From Nostoc sp. (GTDB taxonomy: Bacteria > Cyanobacteriota > Cyanobacteriia > Cyanobacteriales > Nostocaceae): 60,988 nucleotides of DNA. The DNA lies in the NCBI GenBank assembly GCA_036918135.1, contig JBALDB010000013.1, positions 1 to 60,988 of the forward strand, read 5' to 3'. The notes below the pieces were generated by a model that worked only from the letters and a program-made list of their open reading frames with translations, searched no databases and had not been told where the DNA came from. Each line of letters opens with the position of its first letter. The first letter of the stretch is position 1. Shown here piece by piece: positions 11,041 to 21,129 of the stretch. Both the position numbers and the translations under genes were made by a program.

Positions 11041-12039
11041 CTATTGACTATTAGCTTTTGAAGATTGTTTAAAAGGAGTTTTTTTAGATTTTTGCTTTTT
11101 GGTTTTATTTTTTTCGTAGTCTAACTCTTTGAGCTTCTTCATAATTCGGCTGAAGTACTCTTGTAGATAGCTTTCTAGAGTTGTGGTTTGTTCTCGATCT
11201 AAGCCAAATACTGTGTAGACTTCATCCATTGAAGCATTTAATTGTTTACCACTAGCCAATACTTCTGTAAATGCCAGCCTGTCGGCGATGTTCCATCCCC
11301 ACTGAAAGAAGCGCATTAAGCCGCGTACAGCACGCAGCAAATTTATTGGCATCCGTGTTACTCTAGCTTCTTTTCCAGATAAGCGTTCGCATAGGCTGAT
11401 GATTTCTTCTGCACTCCATGCACGAGTACCTACCACCGGAAAAGCTTGGTTTTCTGTTTCTGCCACACTTAATGCACGAATAGCAAATTTAGCAATGTCC
11501 TGGGTGTCCATGTAGGCGATGGGAGAAGATTCACCAGTTACCCAAACTGGCTGTCCTTCCAAAATGGGAATCCCATATTGACCGATTAACCCTTGCATAA
11601 AACCAGCTAGCCGCAAGATAGTGTAATTTAAGCCAGACTCAGCTAGAAAGAGTTCTGTACACCGCTTAATTTCCATCAGCGGCACTTTTGGATATTTATC
11701 AGCATCTAAAATGGAAAAAAAGATAAAACGCTCTACACCTGCTGCCTTTGCGGCTTGAATCAATGCTACTTTGCCGTCCCAGTCTACTTGTTTGATACTC
11801 AGTGAATCTGTAGGGCGAGATGTTGAAGCATCAATGACTTGGGTTACTCCTTCTAAGGCTTCTGCCAGGGTGTCGGGATAACGAAAACTTCCCGATACAA
11901 GTTCTGCACCCCATTCTTTAAGAAAAGCTGATTTTTTAGTACTGCGGACAAGACAGCGTACTTTATATCCCTCATCGATAGCACGACGAACCACTTGTCT
12001 TCCTAAGGTGCCAGTGGCACCGACAATTAATAATGTCAT
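11041..12039 (-). CDS. ycf39: Ycf39-like NAD(P)H-binding atypical SDR
   Basis: GATGTLG Rossmann motif, FLKEWGAEL, VDWDGKVAL, IAYMDTQDIAKF. Confidence 0.85.
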   Translation of the reverse strand: MTLLIVGATGTLGRQVVRRAIDEGYKVRCLVRSTKKSAFLKEWGAELVSGSFRYPDTLAEALEGVTQVIDASTSRPTDSLSIKQVDWDGKVALIQAAKAAGVERFIFFSILDADKYPKVPLMEIKRCTELFLAESGLNYTILRLAGFMQGLIGQYGIPILEGQPVWVTGESSPIAYMDTQDIAKFAIRALSVAETENQAFPVVGTRAWSAEEIISLCERLSGKEARVTRMPINLLRAVRGLMRFFQWGWNIADRLAFTEVLASGKQLNASMDEVYTVFGLDREQTTTLESYLQEYFSRIMKKLKELDYEKNKTKKQKSKKTPFKQSSKANSQ

Positions 12040-12330
12040 CAGGTTTGTAATATATCTTAATGTTTTATGGAAAGAATCTTATCAGAATAACCTATGCAAA
12101 CAAAAGTTTACATCTTTTTCAGAAAATCAAATGAATTGAAAATACTTATGACAAAAGCGCTGTCCGGTTAGCAGACAAGCTTTTTTCTCAGTTAGTGTTG
12201 CAAGGGGAGTGGGGAATGAGGGAGATGAGGGGGATGTAGTTCGACTTGGCTCACTAATCGGCAGATAAGGAGGATGGGGAGCTTTAGGAGCAGGGTAGCT
12301 GAGGGTTAGAGAAAATAATACTAACTCCTC

Positions 12331-12400
12331 TAAAGACGCGACGCCAGTCGCTACAACGGGGGAACCCCCGCAACGCGCTAGCTCATTAATCGCGTCTCTA
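12331..12400 (-). mobile_element. REP-like palindrome interrupted by a 44-nt hairpin element (12341-12384)
   Basis: AGACGCG|44 nt|ATTAATCGCGTCT; the insert reads GAGCTAGC...ACTGGCGT on the minus strand. Confidence 0.78.
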
Positions 12401-12440
12401 CTGCTAACTTTTAACTCACTACTGGGCACTGGGCACTCAA

Positions 12441-12545
12441 TTATTCTTCTCCGCCTTGAATTTTCAGTAACAAAGCGCCTAAGCCCCAGCCGACGAAGAT
12501 TAAACCGAAAGACAATAGAGCTGCATCCAAAATTTCACCGCCCAT
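12441..12545 (-). CDS. petM: Cytochrome b6f complex subunit PetM (34 aa; absent from ORF track)
   Basis: Manual translation [43 protein letters not shown] upstream. Confidence 0.93.
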   Translation of the reverse strand: MGGEILDAALLSFGLIFVGWGLGALLLKIQGGEE

Positions 12546-12799
12546 TGGTGTGATTCTCCTTATGGAAATTGGTTTGTTTAAACTCGGTCTACCAAATAGC
12601 TGTTCGTTAGTTGCTGTAGGATTAGACCTGTGTAAATAATTCTAAACTAGTTTAGCAGGTAATCCCTACTGGTTTTAGAGGCAATCTTTACTATGGAGAG
12701 GGGATGAGCAAGATTAAAAGAGAATTCTGAGCGTTGGAAGTCAGCAAACAGAACTTCAAAGAGATGAGAAGAATTTGATAATAGTTATTAAAAAATTTT

Positions 12800-13891
12800 A
12801 TGTATCAAAATAATCAAGCTAATTTAAGAAATTTTGGCAAAGAAAATCGTCCGCGTTTGGTGCTGACAGTAGGAGACCCAGCAGGAATCGGGCCAGAGGT
12901 AATTTTAAAGGCTTTAGCAGAGTCAGAAATTAGTAAAAAATATGACTTTACTGTGGTAAGTAATCGAGATTTGCTGGCACAGACTTATGACAAACTGAAT
13001 TTAACTGAAAATTTAGCTGCTTTGGCAAATCCAGATCGATTTTCAGTAATTGATGTGCCATTAAACGAAGAAATCAAAAATCAAATTATTTCAGGAAAAG
13101 GTAATGCAGCCAGTGGTACAGCTAGTTTTGCTTATATGGAATATGCGATCGCCCAAACACTCGCTGGTGAATTTGATGGTATTGTCACAGGACCGATCGC
13201 TAAATCTGCTTGGAAAGCCGCAGGGTATAATTATCCAGGGCAAACGGAACTGCTGGCAGAAAAGTCTGGTGTTAAGCGCTTTGGGATGTTATTTGTAGCG
13301 CGATCGCCCCACACTAATTGGACACTCCGCGCTTTACTTGCTACCACACATATTCCTCTGTGTCAAGTAGCAGCTACATTAACACCACAGTTGTTGACAG
13401 AGAAATTGAATTTGCTGGTGGAGTGTTTAAAGCAAGACTTTGGGATAGAAAAAGGGAGAATTGCGATCGCAGGTTTAAATCCCCATAGTGGCGAACAGGG
13501 ACAATTGGGACGTGAAGAAGCAGATTGGTTAATTCCTTGGTTAGAGCAAGAGCGGCAAAATAGACCACAATTGCAATTAGACGGGCCGATACCGCCAGAT
13601 ACCATGTGGGTTAAGCCTGGTCAAGCTTGGTACGGAAATTCTCAGATTCAAAATCCAGCTGATGCTTATTTGGCACTTTACCACGACCAAGGCTTAATTC
13701 CTGTGAAGTTGATGGCGTTTGATCGAGCAGTTAATACTTCTATTGGTCTGCCTTTTGTGCGGACTTCGCCCGATCATGGAACAGCGTTTGATATTGCAGG
13801 TAAGGGAATTGCTGATGCTACGAGTATGAAAGCGGCAATACATTTAGCGGGCGAGTTGGTGAGTCAAAGGTTATGCGAGGTAAAAGTATGA
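12800..13891 (+). CDS. pdxA: 4-hydroxythreonine-4-phosphate dehydrogenase
   Basis: [22 protein letters not shown] and [14 protein letters not shown] motifs. Confidence 0.96.
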   Translation: MYQNNQANLRNFGKENRPRLVLTVGDPAGIGPEVILKALAESEISKKYDFTVVSNRDLLAQTYDKLNLTENLAALANPDRFSVIDVPLNEEIKNQIISGKGNAASGTASFAYMEYAIAQTLAGEFDGIVTGPIAKSAWKAAGYNYPGQTELLAEKSGVKRFGMLFVARSPHTNWTLRALLATTHIPLCQVAATLTPQLLTEKLNLLVECLKQDFGIEKGRIAIAGLNPHSGEQGQLGREEADWLIPWLEQERQNRPQLQLDGPIPPDTMWVKPGQAWYGNSQIQNPADAYLALYHDQGLIPVKLMAFDRAVNTSIGLPFVRTSPDHGTAFDIAGKGIADATSMKAAIHLAGELVSQRLCEVKV

Positions 13892-14108
13892 ATTATTTGA
13901 ACAAGGTGACTCAAAAATGTTAGTAAAAGCGCTCGCAAATGTGATTGAAGCACAGGGTGGAATCGAGCGGTTTCCAGTGCAAGTTAAGCAATGTGATGAG
14001 CAACTTTCCCTAATGTTATCTGAATAAGGAAAAATTGAATTTTATTCTCTGAGTAAATTACTGGATGCATTGGGATTACAGCTAGCAGTAACAGTGAAGT
14101 CAGCATGA
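13890..14108 (+). pseudogene. Decayed HTH addiction-module antidote-like gene
   Basis: Frame reads [24 protein letters not shown]...LSE*GKIEFYSLSKLLDALGLQLAV; in-frame TAA at 14025-14027; 5' end apparently missing. Confidence 0.65.
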
Positions 14109-14167
14109 GGTGATTTATTAAGGATAGTTGAAATATCTCAGTCTTATACTTTACCAATTTATTTTTC

Positions 14168-14536
14168 TTAACTGTTTTCCAGTGTTAACATTCCGGCTGA
14201 TAAATCTACAACTAAGCGTCTATTTTTCAGCCATTCACGACCGAGTAAAATTTCCAAAACTCCATCACCTGCATAAACAGGGATGTTAAATTCTTCTCCA
14301 TCTATTCTGACTTTTCCTGCATAGATATCAAACTTTGCCTCTCCCTTTGCTAGCCGCATATTTCGTTCACCTAAATACAACCAATCAAATTCCTCTAAAT
14401 CCTGCTTGTCAATTGCTAGCCAGCCTGAAAATCCTGTATCTAGCATGGCATCGACAGGTAATTCTAAACCATCAGCAGTAATTAACTCGATTTCAAAAAA
14501 TAGCTGCTCCTCATCACCGAACCGACCTTGGATCAT
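14168..14536 (-). CDS. Clan AA (retropepsin-like) aspartic protease
   Basis: AMLDTGFSG catalytic motif and C-terminal ILLGREWL. Confidence 0.9.
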   Translation of the reverse strand: MIQGRFGDEEQLFFEIELITADGLELPVDAMLDTGFSGWLAIDKQDLEEFDWLYLGERNMRLAKGEAKFDIYAGKVRIDGEEFNIPVYAGDGVLEILLGREWLKNRRLVVDLSAGMLTLENS

Positions 14537-14847
14537 ATTGTGCCAGCTATTCCCGTCTCATTAATCCGGAATATAAACACCGGAGCATTCGGGTGCTGTT
14601 GACGAGACTTATTTATAGCAATTAATTCATCTTTATCAATGAAATAGTCTCCACTATCAGGTTCAACAGCCATATACCAGTTGTAGTGAGTTTTGATTAA
14701 CTCTGGTTGAACTCGGTCAAAAATAACTTTACCGCGTTGATAAAATACCTCTTGTTGAGCTTTCCATTGAGCTTTTTTTTCTTCTGACCATTGAATATCA
14801 GGAAATATTCTTCCCCGATGAACTGTGCGAATAGGTTTTGGAGTCAT
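14533..14847 (-). CDS. Small hypothetical protein (DUF5678-like) coupled to the protease
   Basis: HYNWYMAVEPDSGDYFID...A...HP...FIFRI pattern; ATGA overlap with the protease start. Confidence 0.75.
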   Translation of the reverse strand: MTPKPIRTVHRGRIFPDIQWSEEKKAQWKAQQEVFYQRGKVIFDRVQPELIKTHYNWYMAVEPDSGDYFIDKDELIAINKSRQQHPNAPVFIFRINETGIAGTI

Positions 14848-14859
14848 TTTTCTTAATTG

Positions 14860-15546
14860 TTAACCTTTAGGCTCTAAAATTAAATCTACAGCAGCGCTTA
14901 AGTCTTTAACGATTAAGTCGGGGTGGTAAAGTTCTAATTGAGTGCGATCGCGGATGCCACATTCAACACCTATCACTTTTACACGGTGGTTTTTTGCAGC
15001 AGTAATGTCGGCTTCGGTATCTCCCACCATCCAGATATCAGCAGCAGGAGGTAGTTCTTCTAATGCCCTGGCCATCAACAAGGGTTTATCTTCGATATCA
15101 CGAGTTTTAACGTAGTCGTTTTCAAGGCAATAACAACGATTTTCGGGGAAAAATCTGCCTAAATCGTGCATTTGGAAAGCATAATCTAGTTCCCGGATTC
15201 GGCGCATAGTCATAACTGCCAAATCAATTCCAGCTTGTTGAATTTTTAACAGTGCATCTACAGCGCCCGGTGCAAGAGTATCATACTTGAAGTAAGGTTC
15301 TGTATGTACTGTTTGTCGGCGTAACTGGGCGAATTCTTTTCCTTGGGCTTCGTCTAAGCCAGAATTTAAGGCAATTTGTTTTTCAGGAACGCGCTGACGC
15401 TTTAACTGCCAAAATTCTGCTTTCGGAAGTTCTTGCACTGGTTGGTCTGGACGACGAGTTTTTTCCAAGCAAAATTGATAAACTCGGTAGTAGCGTTCGG
15501 AAACATCAATAATTGGCCCGTCGAAGTCAGTAATGAGTCTTAGCAT
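14860..15546 (-). CDS. HAD family hydrolase
   Basis: TDFDGPI motif I, DKP and VGDTEAD motifs. Confidence 0.9.
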   Translation of the reverse strand: MLRLITDFDGPIIDVSERYYRVYQFCLEKTRRPDQPVQELPKAEFWQLKRQRVPEKQIALNSGLDEAQGKEFAQLRRQTVHTEPYFKYDTLAPGAVDALLKIQQAGIDLAVMTMRRIRELDYAFQMHDLGRFFPENRCYCLENDYVKTRDIEDKPLLMARALEELPPAADIWMVGDTEADITAAKNHRVKVIGVECGIRDRTQLELYHPDLIVKDLSAAVDLILEPKG

Positions 15547-15634
15547 CGCCGCAAAATGTTAATTTTTATTAAAATTATCGCAGATGTGTGGCTATTTTTA
15601 GATTGAGAATCTGCACTATCTAAGTACTCAGGCA

Positions 15635-16711
15635 TCATTGCAAAGTACCACGTTTAATTTGTTCGCTTTCAATTGCTTCAAATAAGGCGCGAAAGTTACC
15701 TTCTCCAAAACCTTGAGCTTGGAAACGGCGCTCAATAAACTCAAAGAAGAATGTCGGCTGTCCAAAAATTGGCTGAGTAAAAATTTGTAGTAATAGAGGG
15801 GCGATATGTCCTCCCTCCAAAGAAGTATATTCTTGCCAATCTACGAGAATTTCTTGTTGGGCGATCGCTTCAATTTCTCGATCTGATAATGGAAAGCCTG
15901 AACGCTGTTTTAGTTGTGTGTAATAGCTTTGGGGAACTGAGAGTAACGATAAACCACTGACACGAAATTTGGCGATCGCACTTACGAGATTAGTTGTTCG
16001 CAAGGCAATATGTTGAATTCCTGGGCCTCGGTTGACATCTAAAAATTCTTGAATTTGCGAGTTGCTGGAAGCTGGTTCATTAATTGGTAATTGTACGTTG
16101 CCGTTGCGCGAAACCATCACTTGGCTGTGTAAAGCAGAGCGATCGGTTTTAATCTTAAATACCTGCTGGGGTTGAAAATCAAGGATATTTTCGTACCAAG
16201 TAACAGCACGTTCTAATTCACCAATTGCTACGTTGAGTACGATGTGGTCTATGGCTGTAAAAAAGTTGTCATTTGTCATTTGTCCTTTGCGATCGGGCAA
16301 TGACGGATGACTATTAACTAATGACCTTTCGATCAAGGTATGAGTCAGTCCACCCCAAGCGGCAATTTTGCTCCACTTTAAAGATGTTGCACCTACATTC
16401 TGCTCCTGGATGGGTTGTAGGATTTTTGCACCGTGCATTTTAGCATGTGCGATCGCTGCTTCTACGTCTTCCACGGCAAAAGCAACATCGGCTACACCAG
16501 GCGGATATTGACGTAGAAATTCAGCCACCGGACTTGTGGGTAACAGTGGTGAAGACAGCATAAAGCAGACGCTACCACTTTTGACTATTTCTGTACAAGT
16601 GTGAAATGAATTTAGGCGATCGGCTACTGCTTCAAAACCAAGATGGTGTACAAACCAATCCCGCCATCTTTTGGCGTCTTCTACATAGAAATGAACGCTA
16701 TCAATTTTCAT
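15635..16711 (-). CDS. hppD: 4-hydroxyphenylpyruvate dioxygenase
   Basis: IDHIVLN, SQIQEFL, GPGIQHIAL, LLQIFT, FFEFIER and GFGEGNF motifs. Confidence 0.95.
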   Translation of the reverse strand: MKIDSVHFYVEDAKRWRDWFVHHLGFEAVADRLNSFHTCTEIVKSGSVCFMLSSPLLPTSPVAEFLRQYPPGVADVAFAVEDVEAAIAHAKMHGAKILQPIQEQNVGATSLKWSKIAAWGGLTHTLIERSLVNSHPSLPDRKGQMTNDNFFTAIDHIVLNVAIGELERAVTWYENILDFQPQQVFKIKTDRSALHSQVMVSRNGNVQLPINEPASSNSQIQEFLDVNRGPGIQHIALRTTNLVSAIAKFRVSGLSLLSVPQSYYTQLKQRSGFPLSDREIEAIAQQEILVDWQEYTSLEGGHIAPLLLQIFTQPIFGQPTFFFEFIERRFQAQGFGEGNFRALFEAIESEQIKRGTLQ

Positions 16712-16817
16712 AGTTACTGAAAATCCAGCATAACAGCTTATATATTTCTAAATTTTGCCTTTTTCGCTAAATTTTCAGGTCTTTCCCAGGCAATAATTAT
16801 TTTGGCGTACTCAAACT

Positions 16818-17522
16818 TTAAAAGAACAGATGACTATCGGGTTGAATGTTAATTTCCATTGGCACAGCTTGTGGTTCGGCAGAAAGAGCGAAGAAAATTG
16901 CATTGGCAGCAGTTTCCGGACTGAGCATTTTTTTACGATCTACTTTTAAATTGACGTTATCCCAGAAAGGAGAATCTACCCCACCAAAGTAGAATAGCGT
17001 GAACTTGATACCAAAACGCTTGAGTTCCTCTGCCATGCACTTGCTGAAACCAACAACACCAAACTTAGAAGCAGAATAAGCCGCCGCCATCCCCATTGAA
17101 TGCTTACCGAGAATTCCTACCACGTTACAAATATGACCAGACTTGCGTTTTTGCATCTCTTGGGCAGCTGCTTGAGTAGTGTAAAAGCTGCCTTTTAAGT
17201 TGACATCCAGCATCTTGTCTAAATCAGTGGGTTCCAGGCTATTGTAAGGCTTGAGTATACCTGCACCAGCAGCATTCACCAAAATATCGATTTGACCAAA
17301 CTCCGCAACAGTTTTTTCGATTAAAGTGTTTACCTGTTGAGGATCGGTAATATCGGTAGGGACGGTTAAAACTTGTTCTGGTAAATCAGCAGCCAGTGTG
17401 GTTAAACGAACCGCGTCTCTGGCAGCCAATACTAACCGTACACCGATAGGCGCGAGTTTGCGCGTTAAGGCTGAACCAATACCACCAGTAGCACCGACAA
17501 TAACGACGACTTTATCCTGCAT
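16818..17522 (-). CDS. Short-chain dehydrogenase/reductase
   Basis: GATGGIG and YSASK motifs. Confidence 0.92.
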   Translation of the reverse strand: MQDKVVVIVGATGGIGSALTRKLAPIGVRLVLAARDAVRLTTLAADLPEQVLTVPTDITDPQQVNTLIEKTVAEFGQIDILVNAAGAGILKPYNSLEPTDLDKMLDVNLKGSFYTTQAAAQEMQKRKSGHICNVVGILGKHSMGMAAAYSASKFGVVGFSKCMAEELKRFGIKFTLFYFGGVDSPFWDNVNLKVDRKKMLSPETAANAIFFALSAEPQAVPMEINIQPDSHLFF

Positions 17523-17669
17523 TTTAATATTTATATTTCTTTACATCTTTTTAGATAATACTGAATTATGGACTGAAGTTCACTTTAGATAGCTAACTGA
17601 TATCAAATAACTCCCCTCGCTGGGGAGTCAGGAGTCAATATTCCATGTTGTAGGTAGTTCAGAAAGTAT

Positions 17670-18956
17670 TTACTCAAAAAATAGCGGTATTACCTCATAT
17701 TCCTTGCCACTTGGTTTTAATGTAAACGCCGAGGATGATTGTAAATATTTAGTAAAATTAGAAGCTAACTTTAATTTTTTGACAATTGAATTAGGAGATT
17801 CTCCAGTGATTTTTTGGATCTTTGTACCTAGCTTAGATATAGATAATTGAGTTTTGGGAGAATTCATTTGGAAATCTTGGATTATTTTTAATAAAAAATT
17901 ATCTAAAGTTTCTTTATCATAAATTGGAGTGAAATTTGTCTGTACTTCTTGTTCAATGGCTTTTGTAGATAATTGCTCTGGAAGAGAAACTATTTCTTCA
18001 ATTTCTGGTTGTCTTTGATAATAATTAGTATCAATATTGTATCTTTCTGCAAATAAACTGGCAATAGTCGCTAAACTGTGTAATCGAGTATTTATTGAGT
18101 TTTGTTCGTTTTTAATTAAATCTTGAATTTGCTCAATTACTAGTTCTAAGGATGGAACTTCTGTGGCCATTGTTATAGAATAATGAGCTAATTTGCCAGT
18201 ATTCCGGTTTTCTACATGCAAACTTTGTCCTTGTCTACGCACCCAATAGACAATCAATCCCTGGTTTTGGAGTTCATTACAAAGGTGAATTAAAATTCCA
18301 TCACTAGAACAAACCAAAATTTCTTTGACTGTTGGATAAGACTGGAGGATACGAGCGCCAAATGCAATCATTTTAGCATCAGCACCATCCTTACCTCCAG
18401 GCACATGCACAAGTTGATAGCCACGGTTATATAGTTCGACATCCTGTTTACCAATACTTGAATTTTTCCAATTAGCAAATGCTATTTTAACTTGGAGAGG
18501 ATATTTACATATACTGGCTAAAAATAATTCCGAATTAATATCTAATTTTAAGTTTTCTGCATCCAAAAGCAGAAGAGAGATTCCTGTTTCTAATTGGTGT
18601 TTAATTTCTGTTTGTTGCCAAATATTTTGGCTTAATTGATTAAAGGCAGCAGATTCTAACCAATCAGGCGATAATATAGTTTGCAGTAATTTTTCAGCTA
18701 AAATAGAACTAAAAGAGTTAAGACTTTTAGCTGTAAATTGTTCTTCTGATAGTTTTTTTACTGAAGCAAGTTCGTTAGCTTCATTTATGGATAGTTGACT
18801 GTGACCGTTGCTGTTAGCGATCGAGTCAGTTTCCAGCAAAGGAGAAAATGTCGGTTCCAGGAATTGTTTACCACAATTTTTGCAGAGGTAATTTTGCTTG
18901 TCATTCCGACGACCATTTTTACGATATAAAGTAGACTCGCACCGGGGACATTTCAT
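17670..18956 (-). CDS. Zn-ribbon + NYN-domain protein with probable C-terminal LOTUS/OST-HTH
   Basis: CPRC...KNG...KQNYLCKNC; LLLDAENL, KDGAD and SSDG NYN motifs; C-terminal ISKLG...NFTKYL. Confidence 0.8.
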   Translation of the reverse strand: MKCPRCESTLYRKNGRRNDKQNYLCKNCGKQFLEPTFSPLLETDSIANSNGHSQLSINEANELASVKKLSEEQFTAKSLNSFSSILAEKLLQTILSPDWLESAAFNQLSQNIWQQTEIKHQLETGISLLLLDAENLKLDINSELFLASICKYPLQVKIAFANWKNSSIGKQDVELYNRGYQLVHVPGGKDGADAKMIAFGARILQSYPTVKEILVCSSDGILIHLCNELQNQGLIVYWVRRQGQSLHVENRNTGKLAHYSITMATEVPSLELVIEQIQDLIKNEQNSINTRLHSLATIASLFAERYNIDTNYYQRQPEIEEIVSLPEQLSTKAIEQEVQTNFTPIYDKETLDNFLLKIIQDFQMNSPKTQLSISKLGTKIQKITGESPNSIVKKLKLASNFTKYLQSSSAFTLKPSGKEYEVIPLFFE

Positions 18957-19066
18957 TTTCTATTCAGGTGGTCTAAAGCAGATACTTTTATTAAGTATAT
19001 AGTATAAAAAATACTATTAATTAGTTAAACTACTGAAGATTGACAGAAAAGGAAATAATCTACATT

Positions 19067-19780
19067 ATGTCACTTAGTCGTAGCGACCTCGAAGCCGGAA
19101 ACGAACAGACCAGACTATTAGAAGCATCACATTTTGGAATCAAGCTAACTACCTTGAGTGAAGATGAGTTACAGCGATCGCTCCATCGAACACTACAACA
19201 GCACCCAGCAAATTCTGATATCTGGATATTTGCCTACGGTTCGCTGATTTGGAATCCCTTAATCGCATACGTTGAGCGCCGTGCTGGAATTATTTATGGT
19301 TGGCATCGGCGCTTTTGTACATGGATGATCCTTGGTCAAGGGACTCCAGAGAATCCCGGATTACTCTTAGGACTCGATCGCGGCGGTAGTTGTCGTGGTA
19401 TTATCTATCGAATTGCTGCTGGCGATGTCCCAAAGGAATTACTGCTGATTTGGCGACGGGAAATGTTGGCTGGTGTTTACAACGCTCGTTGGGTAAAGGT
19501 ATTTGATGGTACACAGGAATTCAAAGCGATCGCCTTTGTTGCTAATCGTCAACATCCCAGGTACGCCGCTCGCATACCATTAACAACTACTATTAATAGT
19601 ATTGCCACTGCATCAGGAAAATTGGGTTCCTGTGCTGATTATCTAATGAGAACTGTGGATGGATTGATTGCAGAAGGGATTAAAGATAGAAAATTGCTCT
19701 TATTACGCAAACAAGTGCTGGCAAAACAACAAGCACTTTTAGTTAGTAGCGGCTCAACTCAAATTACTACTTCAGAATGA
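19067..19780 (+). CDS. chaC: ChaC-like gamma-glutamylcyclotransferase
   Basis: WIFAYGSLIW, GTPENPG, RREM and GSCADYL motifs; likely ATG at 19067 (ORF from 19040). Confidence 0.9.
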   Translation: MSLSRSDLEAGNEQTRLLEASHFGIKLTTLSEDELQRSLHRTLQQHPANSDIWIFAYGSLIWNPLIAYVERRAGIIYGWHRRFCTWMILGQGTPENPGLLLGLDRGGSCRGIIYRIAAGDVPKELLLIWRREMLAGVYNARWVKVFDGTQEFKAIAFVANRQHPRYAARIPLTTTINSIATASGKLGSCADYLMRTVDGLIAEGIKDRKLLLLRKQVLAKQQALLVSSGSTQITTSE

Positions 19781-19939
19781 TTGGCGATGCTTCTTCTTAA
19801 TGTTTTAAGATAGAGAAAAATCCACTTCTATAATGTTTATCTATTCAAGACTACCAATTGGAGATTTGCCTATGAGCATATCTTTAAGGATTACTCGTTA
19901 TCTGATAGTTCTTTAAATAGTCATAACTTAAGAAAAATT

Positions 19940-20719
19940 TTAACTAACGCGGCCAAAAACGTAATCGCGGGTACGGGAATCAATGGGACTTGTAAAAATT
20001 TTATTTGTAGTACCAAATTCAACCATTTGAGTAATGCGATTTTCATTAGTATAAAAGAAAGCTGTGAAATCAGATAGGCGAGTAACTTGCTGCATGTTAT
20101 GAGTAACAATCACAATTGCCAATTCAGAGCGCAAGTTTTGGATCAAATTCTCAATTTGCATACTACCGATAGGATCGAGACCCGAACAAGGTTCATCCAT
20201 CAAGAGAACTTTTGGTTTAACTGCTAAAGCGCGAGCAATACATAGTCTTTGTTGTTGTCCCCCAGAAAGTTCTAAAGCAGACTTGTGCAGCTTATTTTTT
20301 AATTCATCCCAAAGATTGGCAGCTTTAATAGCAGATTCAACAATCACATCTAATTCTACTTTCGGATGCCATCCAATTAATTTCACCCCATAGGCAACAT
20401 TATCATAAACGCTAATGGGGAAGAGATTTGGTTTGGGAAAAACCATACTAATTTGGCGACGTAACCTACTTAAATTGACACGACGCTCATAAATATTCTG
20501 TCCAAAAAATTCTACTCTTCCTTCAACCTTTACTTCTGTTTCTAATTCATTCAGGCGATTTAACGATTTAAGAAAAGTAGACTTCCCACAACCACTAGAA
20601 CCAATAATTGCCGTGACCTGGTTTTGGTAAATATCCATTGACACGCCTTCAACTATCTTTTGAGTGTTGTAATAGAAGCTGAAGTTTTTAACTCTGATAG
20701 CTGGAATTAGTTTACTCAT
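19940..20719 (-). CDS. pstB: Phosphate ABC transporter ATP-binding protein (second copy)
   Basis: Walker [18 protein letters not shown] signature, MDEP. Confidence 0.93.
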   Translation of the reverse strand: MSKLIPAIRVKNFSFYYNTQKIVEGVSMDIYQNQVTAIIGSSGCGKSTFLKSLNRLNELETEVKVEGRVEFFGQNIYERRVNLSRLRRQISMVFPKPNLFPISVYDNVAYGVKLIGWHPKVELDVIVESAIKAANLWDELKNKLHKSALELSGGQQQRLCIARALAVKPKVLLMDEPCSGLDPIGSMQIENLIQNLRSELAIVIVTHNMQQVTRLSDFTAFFYTNENRITQMVEFGTTNKIFTSPIDSRTRDYVFGRVS

Positions 20720-20930
20720 ATTCTTAAAACGTGTGAAACAGGACTTGACTAAGTAAGATAGTACAAATCAACAGTGCTGTTTCACTATGTTACTCCTAAA
20801 AGGAGATTTTCATAGAAATTACGTAAGTATACATTGACTGTGTAGCAAATAAACTGTTGATTAATGTTTGTATTAAATTATATAGTAAAAATTATTTTTG
20901 AGAAAATAAAAAAGCGAGATGAGGGAGATA

Positions 20931-20998
20931 TGGTTCGGCTTCGCGCTAGTTGAGTTTCGACTACGCGGTAGTTGAGCGAAGTCGAAACTCACCAACCA
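20931..20998. repeat. Nested small dispersed repeats (TTCGAC..CGCTCA type)
   Basis: GGTTCGGCTTCGC[...GTTGAGCGAAGTCGAAAC]TCACCAACC; a simple relative lies at ~12237-12262. Confidence 0.6.
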
Positions 20999-21085
20999 GG
21001 AGATGAAGAGAAATAAATTATCTCGTTTGAAGTTAATGACTGATGAGTGTGAACAGTGGGATATTTTTTTATTTGTCAGTTCCTT

Positions 21086-21128
21086 AATGACAAATGACCA
21101 ATGACAGATGACTAATGACAAATGACTT
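21086..21128. repeat. STRR heptamer array (AATGACA/AATGACC)
   Basis: About 6 tandem heptamers between the pstB copies. Confidence 0.75.
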
Positions 21129-21129
21129 A

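Noticed and set aside
12127..12429. 100-aa ORF between petM and ycf39
   Set aside because: Made of STRR, palindrome and hairpin-element sequence
18860..18956. IS1 insertion sequence
   Set aside because: Only a Zn ribbon in frame with the NYN protein; no DDE domain or terminal repeats seen
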